Part shown: in pieces, positions 8,898 through 19,527 of the stretch
Layout: every line of letters begins with the position of its first letter
Numbering within the stretch: position 1 is the stretch's first letter
Origin: Octopus bimaculoides
Taxonomy: Eukaryota
Direction: 5' to 3'
NCBI RefSeq assembly: GCF_001194135.2
Contig: NC_068985.1
Span: forward strand, 69,974,842-70,014,338
Length of the DNA: 39,497 bases
Translations under genes and position numbers: made by a program
Notes under the pieces: model-generated
Databases searched by the model: none
What the model saw: only the letters and a program-made list of their open reading frames with translations
Told to the model about the DNA's origin: nothing

Positions 8898-10917
8898 ATG
8901 TTAGCATAGATTTTGTTATCTATCAATAAAACGTTTGGCAATTCGAAAGCGNNNNNNNNNNAAGCCTAGTACTTATTCCATGTTAGCATAGATTTTGTTA
9001 TCTATCAATAAAACGTTTCGTAATTCGAAAGCGTGCGCCATCTGAAGCGATCAATCCATGGCAGCCTCCACCTCATTGCGATACTTCATAGACAGGGTGG
9101 GTAAAGAAACTGTCACAGGTGTGTCCCTCATTAATTTGGATCAATCTAACGCCTTGGATAGGATCGACCACGAATACTTGCCGGCCTTTCTCTCGGTGGC
9201 CGGTTTCGGTCCTGCTTTCCGTGGATGGATCGCTGCAATGTTCAGCGACATTTCCTCCGTTGTTCGGGTGAATAGTTACTTATCGGAACCATTCAACATC
9301 ATACACTTGGTCTGTCAAGTGTCTCCGCTCCCGTTTCTTCTGTACGTACTGGCCCTAGGGATATTACTGTGGAAATTGAAGGCATTGTGAGCCATACCAC
9401 GTTACTAGAAAGTGGAAGAACTAGATCCATCTAAGCAGACGACGTTACCCACATAGTGTCGAACGCCAGTGCTATGAAAAGATATAAGGCGTTGACAGGA
9501 GCAATAATTAACCAAGAAAAACCGGTAGGCCTGTAGCTCTGCACATGGAGAAGCAGGCCCATACTAACCAATAACGACTTGAGACGCTGGACACAGGGAA
9601 CATTTCAATTGCTCGGGGTCTGGTTTTAGCCCGGATCTCTAGTGGAGAAGAATTGGGACAAGGTTATGGATAGAGTAGCCAATCTCACTTAGAAACGGGC
9701 CAAGAGAAAGCTATCCCTGAAAGGTCGGGTAGAAGCGGAGAAGGCTTATATCGCCGCCGTTATATAATATCACCTGACCGTCATGCTCTGCCCCACTTTA
9801 CGTCTGACTAAACTAAAGCCCATACTCTTCCGCATTATGTTGAAGTGATGCCTTCCACTGGTCAGGTGCTGCGTTTGCTGTCAACACCCTCTGAATGATG
9901 CGCTGAGCATGTCATGGATGCTGATGTGCAGACATATGCCGAGGCTACATATCTATCGCTACCTTAACGGCTCGTCAGTATAAGAGAGCTGCCGTGCTGA
10001 ATCAAACGTAAGCCGAAGAAAGTTGCTTTGTACTTAGCATAACGTCAGGCATTCACACTCCTCTGTTATTTGGGCAATGCTATCCACTTTGGCGTTCTAT
10101 AGAGAGGGTCAGTGGTGGGCAACTGCGATGACGTTCTCGGGGTGATTTGGGCATCGATGAGAATTAAGTGGCTGGCCTGTTCCGGAGGACTTTTGGACTG
10201 GAGCTCGTGGATAATTTCCACAAATCCAGCGCCACCGGGGCATTTCTGGCTCGAGATAAATTCTACAGACATGCAAGTGTCGTAGACCGGGCTTTCCCAT
10301 GGTGCACGCAGGGTGATGAACATATCCTGCTCGTTCTCGTCCAGTGCCCGAGCATTTATGTCGAACAACTGCTGTCACGGATCCAGCTGAATTCATTATG
10401 AAGTTCTTCTAGCCGTTATTCTTTGGCCTGGAAGAACAATCGGTGTTTCTTTTTCTGGTGACCTTAGCGAAAGAGGTTTTATGGTGAACCAGATTGAAAG
10501 GGCTGAAGACATATATTTTCCACTTTGGACAAGCCCTCATACAATTTTTAAATGTTTCACATGAAAAGAAAAGTGACGGTAGAGAGGCAGGTTCTGCCTC
10601 CCTGCAATTTTGTTTAAAGTTAGTAAATGTTGCAATAATGGTCCAAGTGAATGGGTCTACTCTGAGCATGCATCTGTAGGTGGAAGGAAGAAGTTGTGGA
10701 GTGGGCACATGATCTCTTCGTTTGAGTGACCGTGATTTTATGTGATTTCCACGAGTAGCCCACTGAAGTGTCTCTTATGTGGGTAACTTTTCGTATATAA
10801 GATGAATTTTGGAATCGTTATTATTGCTTACAGGCGCGCTTTATATAACCTCCGTAATGTATTTTCCTGAACCGTTCCCAATATTTTTTTGTGAAACCTT
10901 CGTTGTTATAGAGAAAA
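8898..10917 (+). mobile_element. L1/Tx1-like LINE ORF2 (RT to C-terminal zinc finger) and 3' UTR, pseudogenised
   Basis: Motifs seen: SLINLDQSNALDRIDHEYL..GFGPAFRGWI..VRVNSYLSEPF; *ADDVT at 9432-9449 (YADD with Y mutated to TAA); GAIINQEK; LLGVWF; KLSLKGR; CTQGDEHI..QC; and RKVTVERQVL..VNGSTLSMHL* ending at 10679. There are multiple stops and frameshifts. Confidence 0.92.
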
Positions 10918-10929
10918 CATTCTACCTCC

Positions 10930-11082
10930 TCTTCTTCTTCTTCTTCTTCTTCTTCTTCTTCTTCTTCTTCTTCTTCTTCTTCTTTCTTCTTCTTCTTCTT
11001 CTTTCTTCTTCTTCTTCTTCTTCTTCTTCTTCTTCTTCTTCTTCTTCTTCTTCTTCTTCTTCTTCTTCTTGTTATTATTATG

Positions 11083-11143
<61 letters not shown>
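10930..11143. repeat. (TCT)n followed by (TTA)n microsatellite
   Basis: Direct. Confidence 0.98.
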
Positions 11144-11144
<1 letters not shown>

Positions 11145-11146
<2 letters not shown>

Positions 11147-11710
11147 AAATGACAGAAGTTTTAGATCGTTTGAAAAAATCCTATGTAATTTGTTCCGACT
11201 CTTTCTTTGAGATGAACCGCAGCTGAGGTCAATTTTGCCTCTCGTCCTTCTTGAACCGATAACATGGAAAACTAATGGGATCGATAGTATTGACTAATCT
11301 AAAAATCTGCGGGACAAAATCCGTAACATTATATTTATTCTTAGTGACAGTGAGCTGGCAGAATCATTAGGTGAATCAGAAATATGTCTAGAAATAATTA
11401 TACCGACAACTTACGTTCTGTGTTCAAATTCCACCGCGGTTAACAGCGCATTTTATTTTTGCGGGGGCAATAATTAAAGTGCCAGTATTGTCGTTTATGG
11501 TATCAAATCCCATTGTATCAATAGGCCTTGTGTCTATATTGTTCGCGGTATTTTGTCCGTTTTTGCGTTCTGAATTCAAATCTCACCGAGTTCGGCTTTG
11601 CTTTATTCTATTTCGGGGTCGATAAACGAATCACCAGCTAAACATCAGGGTCGATGTAATAAACTTATACCTTCCCGGAATTGTTGGACTTGTGCCAAAA
11701 TTAGAAATCA
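11145..11710 (+). mobile_element. Cluster of three decayed family-A SINE copies (about 11145-11265, 11344-11455, 11545-11710)
   Basis: Repeated GAGCTGGCAGAATC A-box region, GTTC(T)G.GTTCAAAT B-box region and TTTCGGGGTCGATAAA tail, all similar to 5770-5906. Confidence 0.65.
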
Positions 11711-12067
11711 CTATTACTGTTATAGCTGTCGTTCTTGTTATTGCTCATCCTTTTTGACTGAATATTTCAAACCTCGTAGTTGGTGTATTTTCCGCTGTAA
11801 AAGATGCATTTTTTTTATTATTTCAATGTTTTGTCTTCTTATTAAGCCAATCTGGACTTTAAAGGAAAGGATGGTGCATTTGATTCTCACTCCCTGGTCA
11901 AAACTTTGAAAAGAAGAGATTATTTTTTAAATAAAGTCGAATATTCACAATGCCTTCCACGCTCTCATTCTTACTTTTCGGTCAGCAAGCGAGAAAGTAA
12001 TTTTGGAAATAAAATTCTAATTGCAGTCATCAACTCCAGCCATACAACACCACAAAAGTAGAAGTGA

Positions 12068-12718
12068 AAAACAACAGTATCAGCATTAGCAGCAGCAACA
12101 ATAACAATAATATCAACAGCGATAGCGGCAATGACAGTATTAGCACAAGTAAATGAGTCAAAGAGGAAAATGGGGAAGCGCAGGAAAACCACCGCCGTCG
12201 GCCAAATCTCGCTTGCGAAAGAGAATTCTATATCACCACTACAACTGCCGTAGTAATGTCATTGGAACGAACCCCTGCTGCCAACCCATGTTTAATCAAT
12301 GACAGCAGCAACAACAGTAAATGTATCTGCAGAAGATGCAGTGAAAGCTCATATTTCCTGGAGTGCTGAGTTTCAAAATGTTTTGATTTAATTCACTGGA
12401 CAAAATCATCAATATCTTGAAAAACACAGTGGCATATCAGCAGTAAAGCAAGAAAAGTTACGCTCAAAATACGACTACAGCTCCAAGACTAAGAGAGATA
12501 AAAACGGTGGAATACCCATGCATAACTTTAAATAAACTCAACTGATTATCCCTACAGCAAGCTGAAATCTGCTCGAAAATAATGTGGGTGGCATAGACTT
12601 CATCAAACGCGCTAGTCAGTTTGATTACAAATCAGTGCCTTTTCATTCGGAAACCATGTCCCTTAAGCATTCTGAATTTTTACACAGAAATGAAAAATTT
12701 ACACAGGACCGATTTTAG
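12068..12718 (+). pseudogene. Unassigned decayed reading frame, possibly a LINE ORF1
   Basis: One frame spans 217 codons with 6 internal stops. A T/A-rich start is followed by KRKMGKRRK, a layout like 6812-7207. No diagnostic domain. Confidence 0.25.
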
Positions 12719-13359
12719 TCAGATTATATATTGCAAACATATTACTACAGACATTTGGTCCAGTCTATACTGAACCTCTTTCCACAAAATCACTCGTGAG
12801 AACCTGTTATTAAGAAACGTTATCATAGCAGCAAACTCTCAAACTAGTTGCTTCATTCCAAACCAAAATAACTGAACAATATCAAAACATATGCTACCTT
12901 GACATCATAAATTCAAATGGCATAGAACCTGAGGTTACAATATATAGTTTCCATCACAAAAGATATGAGATATATTTATCTAATATCCTGTCAAAATATC
13001 AGATGTTGTGTTGAAACATTCGTGAAGAAATTAAAATTTCGTGAAGAACTGACACTGCCGTTTTAATCTGATCTCATATTTAAGTTATTAAACTACAACC
13101 AGTCAGCGATTAGAGTGCTTCTACAGAAAGACATGCATCTAATTGCTGATAGCCTGCCGGACCTCACAGTAACCCCGCTCAGATGGACTAACTGTTATAC
13201 CAAGCTTAGCTCTTCCTTCACAGCAAGCACTGCTTCTAACATCTCCAATATCTGGCAAACCTTGACATGGTGTTGCTGAACGAATCCCCTGTCATTAACA
13301 GAGCGAAGTTCGGTTTACATTTGATGCTAATTGAAGTAAAGTTCTATCTGCATATACAG

Positions 13360-13822
13360 TCTTTAGCAAAAGTGGTTATTGTTATATTATTTGTTCCGGC
13401 TCTTTTCGTTCACGTTAAAATCCGTCTCTGGTAAACTTCGTCTCTTGCCTTCCACAATCGATAAAATTAATTACCATTCAAGTAATATGTTAGATAGTAT
13501 AGTCTTATCATTTCTCCTAAAAGCTGCTAGCCAAAATTTGTAAAATCTTTTATTATTATAATATGCTTAATTTTAATGCTGGTTTCAAATTTTAGCTCAA
13601 GGCCACCAAATGTGTGGCAGGAGGTAGGTCGATTACGTCGACATCAGAAATCAAATGATACTTATTTTATCGACTCTGAAACCAGGAAAGCAAAGTCGAC
13701 CTCGGTAGTATATGTTTAATATTAATATAAATATTATTATTCAAGGTAGCGAGCTAGCAGAATCGATAGCACTCTGGCAATTGGGTTAGCGACATGTCGT
13801 CCGTCTTTATGTTGTGAGTTCA
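13360..13822. mobile_element. Three decayed family-A SINE pieces (13360-13480 +, 13570-13710 -, 13744-13822 +)
   Basis: TTTGTTCCGGCTCTT..ATCGATAAAA on plus; TACTTATTTTATCGAC..GCAAAGTCGACCTCGG as the reverse of the tail; and a GGTAGCGAGCTAGCAGAATCGATAGCAC head ending at GTGAGTTCA. Confidence 0.65.
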
Positions 13823-13824
13823 TT

Positions 13825-14150
13825 GGAGGTGCATGCCTTACTGGTTAGAGTATTCTGCTCACAATTGTAAGGTCGTGAGTTCAATTCCGGGCGAAGCATT
13901 GTGTCTTTCAGCAAGATTATTTATCTGACGTTACCGCACTCCACTCAACTGGCAAAAATGAGTAGTGCCTGTATTTCAAAGGGCCAGTCTTGTCACACTC
14001 TGTGTCACACTCAATCTACCTGAGTAATACACTAAGGTCGCACATGTTTGTGGAGTGCCCAGCCACAAGCACGTTAATTTCACGAGCAGGCTGTTCTGTT
14101 GATGAGATCAGCTGGAACCCTCGTTGACGTAAGCGACAGAGTGCAAATGC
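13825..14150 (+). mobile_element. tRNA-derived SINE (family C) with CORE-like central segment
   Basis: Head GGAGGTGCATGCCTTACTGGTTAGAG (A box) and GTGAGTTCAATTCC (B box), then TTGTGTCTTTCAGCAAGA..CCACTCAACTGGCAAAAATGAGTA, which resembles CORE/V-type central domains. Confidence 0.75.
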
Positions 14151-14329
14151 CATATTGTAAGTTAAAATTCCTTTCGAGGATGATAAATGAAGTACTAGTT
14201 GGTCTTGTACCAAACTTTGAAACCAATACTATCATTATTTCATCCACTTTGCTGCACGAAATTATAAATTGATGGTATGTTTAACAATTGAGACATAGCA
14301 ATTAAATGTTATGTACACATGGACACGTT

Positions 14330-15645
14330 TGCGTAGCATCACATGTATGCCTTGTCTATTTTTTTCCTGTTTAGTTTAACCCAATATTTGCCATGAAGGA
14401 TCTTATCTTGCCATCGTTTTATCATGATCCGTTGCTGTTCCAGTTTTAGTTTGAATTTCATTTGTTTTGCAGCTTTTGTTATTTCTTCTTTTTCTTCATA
14501 GTTGTTAGGTAGAATGACTTTTTTTTAAAGACTAAAAACAGTTTTTTTTTTTTTTTGCGGAGGGGCGTAGAGGCTATTTGTATTAGTTTTCCTTGCTTCT
14601 GATATATTATTTCTGTAGCTCTATGGTGATTATTTTGTAATAGTTTTTTTAACTGTATAAGGCCTTTACCGCCTTCGATACGTTGCATATATAAACTTTC
14701 TGTCAGATTTTGTGTGGTGAATCCTAAATCCTTTCATTAGTTTTCTGTTTTTCCTGTCTATTTTGATTAATTTATTTAGTGTCCAGAATATTGTAGATGT
14801 AACGTATAACTGGGATGGCTAATGTGTTGATAACAATAAGCTTGATTTTCGCATTGAGCTCCGTTTTCACTATTAATGTAACTAGTCTATAGTGTTCGTC
14901 ATGTATCCTTTTTACATTTGTGTGAGTTGTATCGTATCTAGTTCAATGACTTCTAAGTATTTTTATGTCGGACTTTGGTCTTATTCTCTTATTTCATTTG
15001 CTTTATCTAGTGTGATATTGGTACTCTTAAATAGATTTCCTCTTTTCAAGGTGGCATTGGCACATGTTTCTAAGCTAAATTTCGTGTTCCCTTCGTTGGT
15101 AAATTCATTTACTGTCTGTAGTAATGTTTCCAACTATTTATCATTTCTAGTGTAGTTTTAGATCATCCATATATAAAAGGTGGCTGATTGCTTTGCCATA
15201 ACTGGTGTATCCACATCCAGTCTGTCTAGCATGTCAGATAAAGGTGTCAGTGCCAAGCAGAAATGGAGTGGAGATAGTGTGTCTCCCAGGAATATTCCTT
15301 TTCTAATGGGGATGTTTTTGGTCTTTATGAGTCCCACTTTTCTCTGGAGCTGTAACACTGTCTGCTTTTTATTCATAGAATGTTTTATACACGTTATAAT
15401 TATTGGTGCTACCTTGTACATGGATAGTGTTTCTAGGATCCATGTCTTGGTAATACTATCACAAGCCTTTCGCTAATCGATCGTGGCCATACTTAGACCC
15501 TTCTTCTTTCTTCGGCTGTCTTCAGTTATGGCTTTATTGATCAGTAGCTGATCTTTACAGCATAGCTTCTGCTTTTCTGGAACTAGGTTCTTTTCTTCCA
15601 GATGCTTGCTCATTTTCTGCGATATTGTTCCCGTCAGTGTTGACA
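14330..15645 (-). mobile_element. R4/Dong-like LINE reverse transcriptase fragment, pseudogenised
   Basis: Motifs seen: CKDQLLIN..LSMATID*RKACDS..WILETLSMYKV; IRKGIFLGDTLSPLHFCLALTPLS; ISHLLYMDDLKL (YMDD at 15162-15173); RIEGGKGL; RWQDKILHGKY. It is truncated at both ends. Confidence 0.9.
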
Positions 15646-15689
15646 GTTAATAAGTGTAAATATTTCAAAAGTAGAATTCATTAATTTTG

Positions 15690-16250
15690 AGAGAGGAAGT
15701 GAAACATTCTAACGTTTCGCTTACGATTCTCCGTTGGAGAGCGATGTAATCTGAAGTTACCGAACAAGTTAATTGGGTTTAGAGAGAAAGAAATGAAGCA
15801 ACGAAGAATAAGAGAGCAGAATGTGAAAGCGAAGAGCAGAGGAGAAGAAGGCCACAAGAGAACATGAATATGAGAGCTTTTAAGAAGAAACAAACTGCAG
15901 CGCAGTGAAAAAGGAATTTAAGCACAGGAGGAAGGGCATAAAGATCAGATGAGGGAAATGCAACTGGAGGTTAACCCATAAAATGCAGCCAATTTGGGAA
16001 AGAGAGGGCGACGGGGGAAAATTAAGATTGCAAAAGAATGAATGTACTTCAAGTCTGATAAAGAGAAGCCATTATTTTGTTTCATTCCTAAACGCCAGTG
16101 AAAGCAGAAACCAAAGTTTGACTTCCCAAAGGAATTGATGGAAAAGGGTTTACACAATTTGTAGACTTTTTTCAAAAAGAAAATGGTTTACAAAATTTGG
16201 TTAAACCCCACTATGGTTGAACTCTACAACTTCCTAATTTTTAGTACGAC
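15690..16250 (-). mobile_element. Possible very old Penelope-like 3' end / terminal repeat relic
   Basis: Weak similarity to a GIY-YIG C-terminal LIF.LG...YGLN motif near 15970-16000, plus a degenerate hammerhead-like motif at 15706-15740. Confidence 0.3.
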
Positions 16251-16264
16251 TACTTTAATTTCGT

Positions 16265-16280
16265 TCTTTCTTTCTTCTTT

Positions 16281-16332
<52 letters not shown>
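16265..16332. repeat. (TTTC)n microsatellite
   Basis: Direct. Confidence 0.97.
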
Positions 16333-16619
16333 TTGAGGAAATAAGAAGCTTTTAAAATTTTCAGATGATTTTATATCAAGAATTCTATTGCATTAACACT
16401 TTAAAAACTTTGCGGACAGGAATTTCACAATAGAGGTGAGCACGAAATGATATAAAATTCTATACATCGCAGACAATAATTGCATATATATATATATATA
16501 TATATACATATACAATTCTAACATGAACAAGCAACAAAAAACACGAAAAAGCAACACGCGAGGACGTGGAAAAAGTACAGTGTTATTGGACGCTCAGGAA
16601 AGGAAAGAAAAGAAAGTGG

Positions 16620-16654
16620 ATTTCACGTTTCGAGCGGAGCTCTTCATTAGAAAT
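16620..16654 (-). ncRNA. Minimal type I hammerhead ribozyme relic (probably inactive)
   Basis: Minus strand reads ATTT-CTAATGA-A-GAGC(TCC)GCTC-GAAA-CGT-G-AAAT. Stems I and II pair perfectly and stem III is the palindrome ACGT. The core has G5>A and position 17 is G. Confidence 0.6.
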
Positions 16655-16799
16655 ATAGAAACAGTCCAAAGAAGGGAAGACGGAGAGAGAAAATCGACAA
16701 CGATACACACGCGGTCACATATTGAAACGACCGGAAAGGAAAGCGTGGAGAAAAATGTATTTTCAAAGACAAGAGAGTGCAAGAGAATGAAGTATGGGT

Positions 16800-17310
16800 G
16801 TGTATGTGTGGGCATGTGTGTGAGCACAAGTCTCTGTGTGTGCGTTTGTGTGTAATGATAACACGTCTATGTATCTGTTTGTGTGTGTGTGTGTGATTGT
16901 GTGTGTGTGTGTGGTTGTGGCTGTTTATGTATGTGTGTGGTTGGACGTTGTATCGTTTAAGGTCATAGGAAGAATTTATGGTAAGTATTATGGTAAGAGT
17001 GGCTGCCTGGTGTGTGTCTACCTACATATATGCGTACGAGAATGGTCAGTAGAAAGGTACTGGTAGTTTGAAGTATGTGTGTGCGTGCATATGTATATAT
17101 AGTGTGTGTGTTTTGTTTCCAGTGTGTGTACGTGTGGGTATGTGTGTACGCGTGAGGTTGTGTCTGTGGCGTTTCCGTACTTTACTCTGTGTGTGTGTGT
17201 GCGTGTGTGTGTATATGCTTGTGTATATGTGTGTGGATGCGCGTGTGTATTTTGTGTGTGTGCATGTGTGTGTGCGTGTGTATGTGTGTTTGTGCATGTG
17301 TGTGTTAATG
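16800..17310. repeat. Degenerate (GT)n/(GTAT)n array
   Basis: Direct. Confidence 0.9.
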
Positions 17311-17414
17311 AGGGGTTAATGAGGGGTTGTGTACGTGGGCATAGGTGCCTTTTTTGCGCGTTTATGCATGTGCGTGTGGTATTTCTTCACTACTGCTAGA
17401 AATAGATGCCGATT

Positions 17415-18170
17415 TTTTTTCATTTGTCTTTCTCTTTTACAGTCTGTTGTGTCGCTGAATTTTTACTGAGAACATATATTTTTTTCGTGGTTAGATGATT
17501 CGGCATCTATTTCTAGCATATAGGAGTCCACTTTTGCTGGTCATCCCTCTTATTTTTGTATGTAATATAATTTTAATCTTCGGATTTCTTTAATATGCTA
17601 GACCGCTGGTTCAAATTGATTAATATCAATTTCTACCCTCATAAATACATTTTTATACAATAATGTTTCTCAAACCGGTAAATTAGCTGCAAAAATGTAT
17701 TAACTGCAGAATTATTTCCGGACTTAGCGTGCCAGATTGAAGGCATTTAAAAATATACACTGAATGTAATTTGTAGAATTCAACACGTGCTCCCTTTCAG
17801 TTGGACGTCCTGTGTCTAATTCTGGAAATTACATTGCAAATCGACAGACTACGCTGACGATCCTGCAGATATTTACTCATGTAAATTTTAACAGGTGAAA
17901 CCATTGTACGTAGGTTAATCGTTTTTATTTAGTATTTTTTCATTTGTCTTGCTCTTTTACAGTCTGTTGTGTCGCTGAATTTTTACTGAGAACATATATT
18001 TTTTTCGTGGTTATATGATTCGGCATCTATTTCTAGCATATAGGAGTCCACCTTTGCTGGTCATCCCTCTTATTTTTGTATGTAATATAATTTTAATATT
18101 CGGATTTCTTTAATATGCTAGACCACTGGTTCAAATTGATTAATATCAATTTCTACCCTCATAAATAAAT
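17415..18170. repeat. Direct duplication of ~236 bp at a 520 bp period (17415-17650 and 17935-18170)
   Basis: Aligned by eye with about 6 substitutions. The second copy ends at the N gap 18171-18289. Confidence 0.92.
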
Positions 18171-19527
18171 NNNNNNNNNNNNNNNNNNNNNNNNNNNNNN
18201 NNNNNNNNNNNNNNNNNNNNNNNNNNNNNNNNNNNNNNNNNNNNNNNNNNNNNNNNNNNNNNNNNNNNNNNNNNNNNNNNNNNNNNNNNATATATATACA
18301 CTCGGTACGTGGAAGCAAGACGTGCAAGAAATAGCAGCCAAATGTTTCATTTTATGGGAAAAGGAGCCGCTTACACGTGATTTCGATGTCCCATTCGTTG
18401 AAAGGATGCGAAATAACCTGCAAAAGAAAAATCCCACGAAACAAAACTCCGATGCTGGAAGACTCAAACTTTCCCGGTTACACAACGGTTCACGGTTAGT
18501 CTCGTTCTTTATATTTTTGCTAACATATTTAACACTTTAAACCTTCCTTCTCTTCATGAGAATATATAAGCGCCCAGGCTCACTAGACTCTACAGGCGCA
18601 AAAAAAATGCACTTATTTAGTTTTTAAACCAGGCGATAACCAAACAACGTACCTAGAACTACTTTGTCCCTCTACTGAGCAAAAACACTATATCCCACCC
18701 CCTCTCCCTCCTCATTCTAACAATTTCGTAAACTGACGCCACTCTTTAATCTTTCTCTTTGACTCTGTTTAAATATATTTTCAGTGCGCCACAATATATT
18801 TATTAACTTATTTATTCTACAGTAAACCCGTAAATGTCCCAGCCTAAGTTCACAAAATCATTCCTCTAGCTAGCTTTGATAATAACTTATTTCCCCTTAA
18901 TCGTCGCCATCTCCTTCCCTATTCGTGTTCTTATTCTTTCCGTTTACTCACTCCAGCATATTATTTCTTTACTAATACGCCTTTCTTCTCCATCAATATG
19001 TTTTCCACTCATTTTCAGTCGAATTTTCTGCAAGTCAACATTGGGTGCCTTGACAACAATGCTAACTACTTTTGCTTGAAGTACCTTTGATCGACGAGTA
19101 GGTAGTGAATTAGCCCTCGTTTGAATAACTACTACTTCCGAGGCATTTCTTTTTATTAATAGCTTTATTTACCTACGAATGCGTTGCTTTAGTTTAAAGA
19201 TGCTTGTTTAGCAAGCAATTAAGATATTTCGACTGTTATCCATTGTTTCAAATATGTTTTAGCATTGACATTCTAGCCTTTTTTTAAACAGTCATATATG
19301 ATTCGTCCCAAAGAATCAACCTTTAAATAAGAGTTTTGCTTTCACTAGCGAGAGCTATACATACCTTTCAGAGCGCTCCATACTAATTTCACATTATTGT
19401 CATTCGCTGTTACTTTATGCGTAGGCTGTGTGGGAAAACAAAATAAAATTACTTTTGTTACTTTATAATAGAATCGTTAATCACATGGTACACTAAAACC
19501 CATTTTCCTTTTCCAGATAATGCAAGC

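Noticed and set aside
10809-11144. ORF with poly-F, poly-S and poly-Y
   Set aside because: It is the LINE 3' UTR running into (TCT)n and (TTA)n.
13825-13895. tRNA-like head with A and B boxes
   Set aside because: No complete cloverleaf forms and it continues into a SINE body, so it is a SINE head rather than a tRNA gene.
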